Assembly (NCBI GenBank): GCA_965226385.1
Contig: OZ245359.1
Span: 905,116 to 969,115, forward strand
Origin: Bryobacterales bacterium
Lineage (GTDB): Bacteria > Acidobacteriota > Terriglobia > Bryobacterales > UBA6623
Length of the DNA: 64,000 bases
Direction of reading: 5' to 3'
Below are positions 47,693 through 56,602 of the stretch, piece by piece (within the stretch, counting starts at the first letter, position 1; the number at the start of each line of letters is the position of its first letter). Made by a program: the position numbers and the translations under genes. The notes under the pieces were generated by a model that searched no databases, was not told where the DNA came from, and saw nothing but the letters and a program-made list of their open reading frames with translations.

Positions 47693-47899
47693 GGGAGCAA
47701 GGCTCATTAGAGTTCCGACAAACTCTCCTTCAAGCATTGGCTCGCCAACTTCCAAAAGCATTTCCACCACTTCGCGTAGGTTAGTATTGAGCTCATCGAG
47801 AGTGTCGGCTTGGGAGTGAGCTCCAGGGAATCCGGGAAAGTAGCCCACATAGAGACCAGTCTCACGATCCTGTTCTACAACCGCCGTGTATTCTTTCAC
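47691..47899 (-). CDS. HicB-like antitoxin domain (UPF0150), no own stop and no hicA partner
   Basis: MKEYTAVVEQDRETGLYVGYFPGFPGAHSQADTLDELNTNLREVVEMLLEVGEPM. ORF 47543..47899 runs on into the higB 5' region. Confidence 0.6.
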
Positions 47900-47976
47900 A
47901 ATTGCATGGCACCCCTTTTCTTTCCTGATTACCTAGAAGCCTCAGCCAAAGTTAGCAGTCGATATGGTAGCGGGAG

Positions 47977-48028
47977 GACATTGTCACGTTAATCGGGTTT
48001 GGCCGCAAAGGACCACATTGATTCCCTT
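47977..48028 (+). repeat. Solo terminal fragment of an IS6-family element (direct repeat of 56603-56654)
   Basis: 52 bp, GACATTGTCACGTTAATCGGGTTTGGCCGCAAAGGACCACATTGATTCCCTT, with 1 mismatch to the end of the IS6 copy at 56603. Confidence 0.8.
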
Positions 48029-48636
48029 CAAAGTCGGCCGTGTCCTCGACCTCTACCACCTCACTTGGCAAGGCACCCCCCCTGCGCGACGACGAGTTCG
48101 TCGTCTCGACCGACGAGAAAACTAGCCCAAGAAGGTCGAGCACGAGTACAAGCGCTACGTGGCTTGGGCGTAACCTGGCCGCTCTTGACGTCCACTGCGT
48201 CAAGCTGTTCGGGCGTTGCGAGTTCTACTCCGGCATCGTACCGTTCGACCGCCGCGTCGAGCAGGTCATGCAACAGGATCCGTACCGCCGCGACCGCCGT
48301 GTCTTCTGGATCGTTGACAATGGCTCCTCGCATCGCGGGCTCAGCTCGACCCACTGTCTTCGAGACCGCTACTCCAACCTTCTCCTCGTCCACGGTCCCG
48401 TTCACGCCAGTTGGCTCAACCAAATCGAAGTCTACTTCTCAGTGCTGCAGCGCAAGGCGCTCACGCCGAACGATTTCGCCTTGCTCGACGAACTCGCCGA
48501 GCGCCTGCAGTCGTTCGAGCGCCACTACGAAGCGATCGCCAAGCCGTTCGAGTGGAAGTTCACGCGTGATGACTTGCAGAAGCTACTCAAGCAAATGAAG
48601 GCACCCGGTCTCCCGCGGTACCAGCTCACCATCTAG
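48029..48636 (+). pseudogene. 5'-truncated IS630-family transposase relic
   Basis: DEKTS..., then KKVEHEYKRY in another frame. LAALDVH..., FWIVDNGSSHRG, HASWLNQIEVYFSVLQRKALTPNDF and PFEWKFTRDDL. The HTH half is absent. Confidence 0.7.
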
Positions 48637-48742
48637 CTGGACAATTCGTTACCGAATTTATGAAACTGAGTACTTAGGAGTAGTCGGCGCGGCACGCGCG
48701 GGCTGCAAAGTTTCTTTGACGCACGCTGAGACTGGGCGTAAC

Positions 48743-49102
48743 ATGAAAAGCATGGGACACATAGTAGCAATTGTTGCGTGGCTGACCCTGGTGGGGGGCG
48801 TAGTACCGTGTCCTCTCATGCTCGCGAACCCGATGCCAGGCGCTCACGACTGTTGCGATCATCCGGATCAGCATTCCGACAACAACCCAACCGGCTGCGA
48901 GGTGCAGTGTGCACAGGCGGCTGAACGCGTTGCCTTGCAGCATGAACTCAGGAACCCGGATGAGAAGCCATTCGAATCCGGTCCGTCGACTGCCGACTCG
49001 TCCTCTCCGATTCGAGGATACTCCGCGAGAACGCTGATCCGGCTTGCTCTCGTCTGTCCACACCCACCGCATTACATCCTTAACGCCAGCTTTCTGGTTT
49101 AG
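48743..49102 (+). CDS. Small exported Cys/His-rich protein upstream of the efflux operon
   Basis: Signal-like MKSMGHIVAIVAWLTLVGG, then PCP...HDCCDHPDQH...CEVQC. A comparable antisense ORF exists, so the coding call is tentative. Confidence 0.4.
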   Translation: MKSMGHIVAIVAWLTLVGGVVPCPLMLANPMPGAHDCCDHPDQHSDNNPTGCEVQCAQAAERVALQHELRNPDEKPFESGPSTADSSSPIRGYSARTLIRLALVCPHPPHYILNASFLV

Positions 49103-49270
49103 GGTCTAGTCCCCTGCAAGGCCGCTGCGATTAGCCCTTCGGAGTTCGCCTCATTGCATTCCGCGGGCCATATCGCCGGATGTCTCTTACATCGAGACAA
49201 CCCGGCGCGGTCACCCCGAGGACATTGACTTCGGGATTACAGATTCCCCACAGACCCTAGGAGATTAGTA

Positions 49271-50557
49271 ATGCTACTTCGCTTTTGTGCGCTACTGCTG
49301 CTCGCGGTAGGAACACCAGCGCAAACTTATTCAACCAACAACGACATTCGTTTAAGGAAACTCGTCGAGCAAGCGCTGGACCGCAACCCTCGTGTGCGCG
49401 AGTCGTTCTTGCGCTATCAAGCGGGACTACAGCGAATTCCTCAAGTCACATCGCTTCCCGATCCCATACTCAGCGTGACCCAATTCGCACGCACACCAGA
49501 GACCCGGGTCGGTCCGCAGACAACCGTCCTGTCGCTCTCGCAGAAGTTTCCATGGTTTGGCAAGCTCTCGGACCAAGGCAAGGTAGCCGCGAAGAGCGCG
49601 GCAGTACTTAGCGAGCTTCACCAGGCTCATCGAGCCGAAGTGGTTCACCAAGTGAAGCTTGCCTATTACGACCTTGCCTACATTGATCGCGCGATTGTCA
49701 TCACAAAGAAAGACGAACAACTCTTGGGGCACTATGAGACTCTCGCTCAAGCCCGCTACTCGCAAGGAGTTGGGCTTCAGCAGGCCGTCATCAAGTTACA
49801 AGCGGAGATCACTCGTGACCGTAACCGGCTGCAAGTGCTCAAGCAACAGCGCGTCGATTCAGAAGCCGCTCTGAATACTGTTCGCGACCAGCCTGCAGGC
49901 ACGACGATTGCCCCGATCGAGGGACTGAACACACCCCAGGTGAAGATCGACCTTGATGAACTGTACGCGATGGGGCGCGACGCCCGTCCCGAGGTCAAAG
50001 CCGCATTTCTGGAAATCGAGAAGCACGAAAAGCGCATCCATTTGGCCAAACGGCAATACTGGCCGGATCTTATGCTCGGCGTTTCGTGGGGTAACATCAA
50101 CGGCCAACGCGATCAGCTTGGTCTACTAAGCCCGCCTGACGACAATGGCAAAGATGTCTACAGCGTCGCTGTAGGCGTGAACCTGCCCATCTTTCGGCGC
50201 AAGTACGACGCCGGCATCCAGGAAGCCACGGAAACCTTCGGAGCCGCGCGCGAAGCTTATCGGGACATCGTGAACGAAGTCGGCCTGTCGGTGCGGTCGG
50301 TTGGCTTTCGCATCCAAACGATCGAAGAGCAACTCGATCTCTTCAAGAAGGCGCTGTTGCCCCAAACCGAGCAAGCGCTCCGATCTACCGAAACGGCGTA
50401 CGCGACCGGCACTACGGGAGTACTTGACCTACTCGATAGCGAGCGCATGCTTCTCGAAGTTCGGCTTGGACTTGCTCGTCTACAGAGCGACTACCTAAAA
50501 GCACTGGCCAACATGGAGCGGGCCATTGGTTCGGCCTTTCCGGAGGAGAAACCATGA
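49271..50557 (+). CDS. TolC-family outer-membrane efflux protein (CusC/CzcC-like)
   Basis: Signal peptide, two OEP repeats and coiled-coil-rich composition. Stop overlaps the next ATG (ATGA). Confidence 0.8.
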   Translation: MLLRFCALLLLAVGTPAQTYSTNNDIRLRKLVEQALDRNPRVRESFLRYQAGLQRIPQVTSLPDPILSVTQFARTPETRVGPQTTVLSLSQKFPWFGKLSDQGKVAAKSAAVLSELHQAHRAEVVHQVKLAYYDLAYIDRAIVITKKDEQLLGHYETLAQARYSQGVGLQQAVIKLQAEITRDRNRLQVLKQQRVDSEAALNTVRDQPAGTTIAPIEGLNTPQVKIDLDELYAMGRDARPEVKAAFLEIEKHEKRIHLAKRQYWPDLMLGVSWGNINGQRDQLGLLSPPDDNGKDVYSVAVGVNLPIFRRKYDAGIQEATETFGAAREAYRDIVNEVGLSVRSVGFRIQTIEEQLDLFKKALLPQTEQALRSTETAYATGTTGVLDLLDSERMLLEVRLGLARLQSDYLKALANMERAIGSAFPEEKP

Positions 50558-52047
50558 ACGCGAAGCTGAAAGGCACGGCACTGCTCGCAGTGGGCATGGC
50601 GGTAGGACTGGGCTTATCCGCGGCCTTGATCTGGAATCCCCTGGGCTGGATGTGGATCGACCGTTCTCTCGGCCGACCTCATCAGGCTGGCGAAGTTACG
50701 GACACTTCCGAAACAGGTCTCTACACCTGCGGTATGCATCAGCAGGTCGTTCAGGAGGGGCCCGGCGATTGTCCCATTTGCGGTATGAGACTCAAGCCGC
50801 TTGGTATGCAAGCAGGCGACAGAGAGCCGACGCCACCTACTGGAGAGCGCAAGATTCACCACTGGCGCGCCCCGATGGATCCCAGCTATGTTTCAGACAA
50901 ACCTGGCAAGTCTCCCATGGGTATGGACCTCGTTCCAGTCTATGAAGACGAGGCTCCCACTGAGGGTGGAGTCCGCGTAAGCCAGAGCTTCCTGCAAAAC
51001 TTCGCCGTTCGGACCATGAAGGTGCACCGTGGTTCTTTGCCGATCGAGATTCGCACTGTCGGCACCCTCGCGCACAACGAAGAAAAGGTCGTGTCGATCA
51101 ACACAAAGTTTGAAGGCTGGATCGAGAAGGCGTACTTCAACAACGTAGGTGAGCACGTAAACAAGGGCGATGTACTCTTCGAGATCTATTCTCCTCAACT
51201 CGTGACCACCCAGCGGGAATACCTTGCCGCGATGGACTACGTCGCCCGGCTCACAGGAAATGAAGCCTACCCGGACGCGATCGAGCGCGCCAAGTCTCTG
51301 CTCGAATCAGCTCGGGAGCGCCTTCGCTACTGGGACATCAGCACTAACCAAATCAAGGCCCTCGAAGAGACGAAGGAGGCCAACCGGACCCTAAGTTTCA
51401 TCTCCCCCGCATCAGGCTCGATCGTTGCCAAGATGAGCGACTCGCTCGAAGGGATGAAGCTCAGCCCAGGAATGACCATATTAAAGCTTGCGCATCATGC
51501 AACCCTTTGGGCCGAGGCGGAGTTTTTCGAGCGGGACATTCGGCATGTTCGAGCGGGCCAAACGGTCACGGTGGAAGTTGACGCCTATCCCGGGCGGCGT
51601 TGGAGCGGGAGAATACTCCTGTTCCGCCCGGCGGTAAAACCGCAAACACGAACCCTCACTACCCTCGTTGAGGTCGCCAACAAAGACCTCAAGCTCAGGC
51701 CCCAGATGTTCGCGAACATCACTCTGCGTGCGGGAGGCGTCTCAAATTCCGTCCTGGTTCCCGACCAGGCGGTCCTGCATAGCGGCGAACGAGCTGTCGT
51801 CGTTGTGGCCAAAGCCGAAGGTCTCTTTGAGCCCCGTGAAGTGCATCTCGGCATCGAGAGCAACGGCATGCAGGAAATCACCTACGGCCTGTCGTCGGGC
51901 GAGACGATTGTGACCTCCTCGCAGTTTCTCATCAACTCTGAGAGCAACCTAAATGCAGCCATCAGCCAACTGCTCAGTGAACGAGCCGGTGAAGGAACGG
52001 GCGGTTCACCGATGCCCCCGCATACCAGCATTGAACAGCAACAGTGA
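50554..52047 (+). CDS. RND periplasmic adaptor (CusB-like) with an N-terminal metal-binding motif
   Basis: YTCGMHQQVVQEGPGDCPICGMRLKP, then HWRAPMDPSYVSDKPGKSPMGMDLVPVY (compare E. coli CusB KSPFMDMDLVP). HlyD-like barrel-sandwich follows. Confidence 0.85.
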   Translation: MNAKLKGTALLAVGMAVGLGLSAALIWNPLGWMWIDRSLGRPHQAGEVTDTSETGLYTCGMHQQVVQEGPGDCPICGMRLKPLGMQAGDREPTPPTGERKIHHWRAPMDPSYVSDKPGKSPMGMDLVPVYEDEAPTEGGVRVSQSFLQNFAVRTMKVHRGSLPIEIRTVGTLAHNEEKVVSINTKFEGWIEKAYFNNVGEHVNKGDVLFEIYSPQLVTTQREYLAAMDYVARLTGNEAYPDAIERAKSLLESARERLRYWDISTNQIKALEETKEANRTLSFISPASGSIVAKMSDSLEGMKLSPGMTILKLAHHATLWAEAEFFERDIRHVRAGQTVTVEVDAYPGRRWSGRILLFRPAVKPQTRTLTTLVEVANKDLKLRPQMFANITLRAGGVSNSVLVPDQAVLHSGERAVVVVAKAEGLFEPREVHLGIESNGMQEITYGLSSGETIVTSSQFLINSESNLNAAISQLLSERAGEGTGGSPMPPHTSIEQQQ

Positions 52048-52057
52048 GGACGAGGCT

Positions 52058-55000
52058 ATGTTTGAACGCATCATAGATTGGTCGATCCAGAACAAGTTCC
52101 TGGTGGTGCTGGGCACCCTGTTCATCGCGGCGGCTGGCCTCTACTCTCTGTCGCGTACACCGCTCGACGCCATCCCGGATCTGTCCGATGTCCAAGTCAT
52201 TATCTATACCGAGTATTCTGGCCAGGCGCCGCGCATCGTCGAAGACCAGGTTACTTACCCGCTCACTACGCAGATGCTTGCCGTACCCTTCGCCAAGGTC
52301 GTGCGCGGCTACTCGTTCTTCGGTTTCTCGTTCGTCTACATCATCTTCGAAGACGGCACGGACATGTACTGGGCTCGAAGCCGTGTTCTCGAATACCTCA
52401 ACTACGTCTCGGGGAATCTGCCCGCGGGCGTCAGGCCAACGCTCGGGCCTGACGCCACCGGCGTCGGCTGGGCGTTCATGTACGTACTCAAGTCTGATCG
52501 TCACGACTTGAGTGAACTTCGTTCGATTCAGGACTGGTTTCTCAAATATGAGCTGACCAGTGTACCCGGTGTCTCCGAGGTAGCCAGTGTCGGCGGCTTC
52601 GTGCGCCAGTACCAAATCACCATCGACCCAGCCAAGCTTCGCGCGTACGACATTCCTATTTCGAAGATTCGCAGCGCAGTCCAAAACAGCAATAGTGACG
52701 TGGGTGGCCGCCTGCTTGAGGTTGCGGAAAAAGAGTTCATGATTCGAGGGCTGGGCTATATCCAGTCACTCGACGATATCCGCGGGATCGCACTCGCTGT
52801 TAATCTGAATGGCACTCCAGTTTTGCTCCAGGACGTAGCCCGGGTCAGCATCGGACCCGACATCCGGCGGGGATTGGTGGACTGGAACGGCGAAGGGGAG
52901 ACTGTCGGCGGCATTGTTGTTGTTCGCTATGGCGCGGACACTCTTCAGGTCATCAAGGATGTTAAGGCAAAGCTCGAAGAGGTCAAACCGGGGCTTCCCG
53001 AAGGCGTCGAAATCGAAGTTGCGTACGACCGCTCAACGCTCATTGAGCGTGCGGTCGCAAGTCTGCAGTCAAGCCTGAGTCAGCAGTTTCTGATCGTGGG
53101 CCTTGTCTGTCTGGTATTCCTGTTTCATGTCCGAAGCGGGCTTGTCGCCATCATCACACTCCCTGTGGGGATTCTGATGGCGTTTGTCGCCATTTACCTT
53201 CAGGGTCTCAACGTCAACATCATGTCGCTCGGCGGTATCGCCGTCGCCATCGGCACAATGGTCGATGCCGGCATTGTGATGGTCGAGAACGCGCATAAGC
53301 ACATCGCGCGTGACGGCGGGAAGAAGTCCCATTGGGAGATCATCGCAGCCTCGTCGAAAGAAGTCGGTCCGTCACTCTTCTTCTCGCTACTGATCATCAC
53401 CGTCTCGTTCATGCCGGTATTTACGTTGGAGGCTCAGGAAGGTCGCCTCTTCAAGCCACTGGCGTTTACGAAGACCTACTCAATGGCCGCCGCCGCTTTG
53501 CTGGCGATCACACTCGTTCCCGTCCTCGTCGGTTACTGCGTGCGCGGACGTATTCGACCTGAGAAAAAGAACCCAATCAGTCGACTGCTGATCTATCTGT
53601 ACAAGCCTCTCCTGGCTTTCACCTTTCGCTTTAAGTTCCCGGTTCTTGCTCTCGTTGTACTCGCGCTGGCGGTGACGGCGGCACCGCTCACCCGTCTTGG
53701 TTCAGAGTTCATGCCGCCCCTTTGGGAGGGCGACCTGCTCTATATGCCCACAACGCTTCCCGGCATTTCGATTACGAAGGCGCGAGAGGTTCTGCAGCAG
53801 ACCGACAAGATCATCAAAACGTTCCCCGAGGTTCATCACGTTTTCGGAAAGGTCGGCCGTGCTGACACCGCTACCGACCCGGCGCCGCTCTCAATGATTG
53901 AAACCACCATCGTACTCAAGCCGGAGAGCGAGTGGCGAGAGGGCATGACTCCTGAAAAATTGGTGGACGAGATGAACGCCGCCATCCAAGTCCCAGGGCT
54001 CACCAACGCCTGGACCATGCCCATCAAGACCCGCATTGACATGCTTTCGACCGGCATTAAGACTCCTGTGGGTATCAAGATCGCCGGTGCCGACCTCACA
54101 GAGCTGGAACGCCTTGGCAAGGAAATTGAGCAAGTCGTGCGGAATGTCCCCGGCACGCTGAGTGTGTATGCCGAGCGTGTTATGGGCGGAAACTACCTCG
54201 ACTTTATGATCAATCGGGAGGCTATCGCTCGCTATGGCCTCACCGTGCAAGACGTCCATGACGTCATTCAAACCGCTATCGGCGGGATGAACATCACGAC
54301 CACGGTTGAGGGCCTCGAACGCTACCCCGTCAACCTGCGTTATAGCCGCGAGCTTCGAGATGACCTTCCGGCCCTGCGCTCCGTGCTGGTGCCAACTCCC
54401 GGCGGACAGCACATCCCGCTCGGTCAGCTCGCCGACCTCAAGTACGCAGTTGGCCCGCCTGGGATCAAGAGCGAGAACGCCAAGCCCAATGCCTGGGTCT
54501 ACATCGACATTCGCAATATCGATGTCGGTACGTACGTGGAGCGTGCACAGCGTGCCGTATCTGAGAATGTCAAGATCCCATCCGGCTTCACCATCTCGTG
54601 GAGCGGCCAATACGAATACATGCTGCGAGCACAACAACGGCTGCTGTATGTGATTCCGCTGGCGCTCCTCATTATCTTCATGATCCTTTACATGCATACG
54701 GGCTCTGTCACCGAGACAGTGCTTGTTCTACTAGGCGTCCCTTTCGCGCTCACAGGATCGGTTTGGCTGCTCTACGTTCTTGACTTCAACCTGAGCGTTG
54801 CCGTCTGGGTCGGCATGATTGCTCTCGCGGGACTTTACGTCGAGACTGCCATCGTGTTGCTTCTTTACCTCAATATCTCGTACAAAGACTACAAAGAACG
54901 CGGCCTGCTCACGAATCGCGCGGCGCTCATAGAGGCCATCCACGACGGTTCGGTCAAGCGCGTGCGCCCGATCCTGATGACCATTGCCACGGATGTTATC

Positions 55001-55204
55001 GGGCTGCTTCCCATCATGTGGAGTACCGGAACCGGGGCGGACGTGATGAAACGCATCGCCACGCCGCTTGTTGGAGGCGTCATCACGTCTGGCATAGTGG
55101 TGCTCGTCATCTACCCGGTTATCTATTACCTCTGGAAAGCCCGTGGACTACCCAAAGGTGAGCCGTTTCGCGGCATTCGAAGATTCAAGGAGACTCAGGC
55201 ATGA
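52058..55204 (+). CDS. CusA/CzcA-family heavy-metal efflux RND transporter
   Basis: 1048 aa with 12-TM RND topology. MFERIIDWSIQNKFLVVLGTL, and AIGTMVDAGIVMVEN in TM4. Start at 52058 after the cusB stop and a GAGG-rich RBS. Confidence 0.9.
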   Translation: MFERIIDWSIQNKFLVVLGTLFIAAAGLYSLSRTPLDAIPDLSDVQVIIYTEYSGQAPRIVEDQVTYPLTTQMLAVPFAKVVRGYSFFGFSFVYIIFEDGTDMYWARSRVLEYLNYVSGNLPAGVRPTLGPDATGVGWAFMYVLKSDRHDLSELRSIQDWFLKYELTSVPGVSEVASVGGFVRQYQITIDPAKLRAYDIPISKIRSAVQNSNSDVGGRLLEVAEKEFMIRGLGYIQSLDDIRGIALAVNLNGTPVLLQDVARVSIGPDIRRGLVDWNGEGETVGGIVVVRYGADTLQVIKDVKAKLEEVKPGLPEGVEIEVAYDRSTLIERAVASLQSSLSQQFLIVGLVCLVFLFHVRSGLVAIITLPVGILMAFVAIYLQGLNVNIMSLGGIAVAIGTMVDAGIVMVENAHKHIARDGGKKSHWEIIAASSKEVGPSLFFSLLIITVSFMPVFTLEAQEGRLFKPLAFTKTYSMAAAALLAITLVPVLVGYCVRGRIRPEKKNPISRLLIYLYKPLLAFTFRFKFPVLALVVLALAVTAAPLTRLGSEFMPPLWEGDLLYMPTTLPGISITKAREVLQQTDKIIKTFPEVHHVFGKVGRADTATDPAPLSMIETTIVLKPESEWREGMTPEKLVDEMNAAIQVPGLTNAWTMPIKTRIDMLSTGIKTPVGIKIAGADLTELERLGKEIEQVVRNVPGTLSVYAERVMGGNYLDFMINREAIARYGLTVQDVHDVIQTAIGGMNITTTVEGLERYPVNLRYSRELRDDLPALRSVLVPTPGGQHIPLGQLADLKYAVGPPGIKSENAKPNAWVYIDIRNIDVGTYVERAQRAVSENVKIPSGFTISWSGQYEYMLRAQQRLLYVIPLALLIIFMILYMHTGSVTETVLVLLGVPFALTGSVWLLYVLDFNLSVAVWVGMIALAGLYVETAIVLLLYLNISYKDYKERGLLTNRAALIEAIHDGSVKRVRPILMTIATDVIGLLPIMWSTGTGADVMKRIATPLVGGVITSGIVVLVIYPVIYYLWKARGLPKGEPFRGIRRFKETQA

Positions 55205-55911
55205 AGACGCTTATCTTGCTGCTACTGACAACAGGACTCGTGAGCGCGCAGACAAATTTCGAAGTCGTTCACAAGAAAAGTCTCTGGTTCGATCAGAAGG
55301 GCACCGTCCGAATCGACGACTCTGGAATCTCGTTCCAGCCGGTCGGCAAGGAGGAAGAGAGCCGCACTTGGGCGTACGAAGATATCCAGTCGCTGGACCG
55401 TGTGATCTCGACTGAGTTTCGGCTGCTCAGCTACGAAGATGTCGCCTGGAAGCTCGGCCTGGACCGACGTTATCGCTTTGTCCTTACTTCCGGGAAGTTG
55501 ACCGACGAGGTTTGGGACTACGTGGCTGCTCGCATAGACAGACCCATCACGGACCGGGCTGCAAGTCGGCCCGTCTCGGCCGAGCAGCACACAGAGCAGG
55601 AGCTTCCAGTGAAGCATCTGACGACACTGGGCGGGTCGGAAGGAGTTTTGTTTTTATCACCTGAGCGAATCATGTATCAGACAGACGCGAGGAAGAAGTC
55701 TCGCGATTGGCTGGTTATACGGGATGTTCAGTCGGTGTGGTCCGCTGACCCGTACCGTCTGGAGATTCACGTCTATGAGGACACCCGGGGCACGTTTCGA
55801 GCGGCCAAGGTATACAGGTTCGCGCTCAAGAAGCCTCTTGACGCTGAATTCTATTGGCGTTTCAAGCTCAAGCTCTATGAGGTGGACCGGCGTAGGGACC
55901 TGATGCCGTGA
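55201..55911 (+). CDS. Exported hypothetical protein with an internal two-domain duplication, coupled to the RND gene
   Basis: ATGA overlap with the RND stop. Signal MKTLILLLLTTGLVSAQ. The halves align (WAYEDIQSLDRV..RYRFVLTSGKL versus WLVIRDVQSVWS..VYRFALKKPL). Confidence 0.6.
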   Translation: MKTLILLLLTTGLVSAQTNFEVVHKKSLWFDQKGTVRIDDSGISFQPVGKEEESRTWAYEDIQSLDRVISTEFRLLSYEDVAWKLGLDRRYRFVLTSGKLTDEVWDYVAARIDRPITDRAASRPVSAEQHTEQELPVKHLTTLGGSEGVLFLSPERIMYQTDARKKSRDWLVIRDVQSVWSADPYRLEIHVYEDTRGTFRAAKVYRFALKKPLDAEFYWRFKLKLYEVDRRRDLMP

Positions 55912-55930
55912 GGGGTAGCCCCGACGAGAT

Positions 55931-56422
55931 TCAACGATACGAATCCCGCAGTTCCGTAAACGGCTGGACGACACCACCGTGCTCGGAGCGGAATCGCTCC
56001 GCCGCGGCTTGACTACTGAAAGCCAGAATGCTCGGCGAGCAGCGATCGAACTGCATGCCGCTCGCTTCCTTGTGAGCGTCCATGAGAAAATGCTCGCGCA
56101 TACAAAGATTGATCGCACTGCCTACGACAACGTAGGCGGCTCCCGGAGCTAGGGTCTTGCCAGAGTCGTAGTCATACAAGCCACTCACCATGACATCTGA
56201 GCCAGTCTGCTGCTGCGCTCGAAGCGCGCACGCAGCGCAACAAAATGTTTGTGCCTGTCCATCGACGACGCCGTCGGTGCGGGATTCCGTGTGAACCGGC
56301 CGGCCACATACCGAACAGACCGCTTCTGCTGCAGACGACATGGTTTGCCAACCGACATAGAGGAGCCCGGTACCGGCTATGACGAGCAACAGTATCCCGA
56401 CTACGGTTGACGACCTAGCCAT
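55931..56422 (-). CDS. Membrane-anchored TRASH-motif / NosL-like putative metallochaperone
   Basis: N-terminal TM. C-x2-C-x21-C-x3-C (CSVCGRPVH...TFCCAAC). The C-terminal half resembles NosL (YVVVGS...AFSSQAAAERFRSEHGGVV). Confidence 0.55.
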   Translation of the reverse strand: MARSSTVVGILLLVIAGTGLLYVGWQTMSSAAEAVCSVCGRPVHTESRTDGVVDGQAQTFCCAACALRAQQQTGSDVMVSGLYDYDSGKTLAPGAAYVVVGSAINLCMREHFLMDAHKEASGMQFDRCSPSILAFSSQAAAERFRSEHGGVVQPFTELRDSYR

Positions 56423-56602
56423 ACGACTCTAGCTTAGCCTCTCTGGTCAGAGCAGGACTGGTCCTCAAAGTGGAAACGCAGGCCAGTCTTCGAGAGGTTC
56501 CAACCACACCCTCGTAGGCATGATTCTAGAATGTCGGTTTGCGTGGCGCTTCTTCGTCTCGATTGGCCAGTGAAGCCTCGCTCGGCTAGCATCTCCGACA
56601 GT

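Noticed and set aside
51953-52057. Upstream extensions offered by the ORF track: RND pump from 51953, receptor from 2121, ilvB from 26297, surE from 37753, nadK from 36139 and the transposase from 86.
   Set aside because: The extensions overlap the preceding gene or an IS, lack similarity to family N-termini, and better-placed starts exist (RBS or ATGA coupling). For the IS1380 gene the frame is actually open to the window edge.
4977-54697. Many long ORFs antisense to, or out of frame with, the annotated genes in GC-rich blocks. Examples: 4977..5663, 5660..6304, 6813..7412, 8834..9571, 28418..29107, 29578..30528, 51974..52684, 53891..54697.
   Set aside because: They overlap genes with strong family motifs. 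They have Arg/Pro/Gly/Ala-rich low-complexity translations and no recognisable domains, which is the usual stop-codon-poor artefact of GC-rich DNA.
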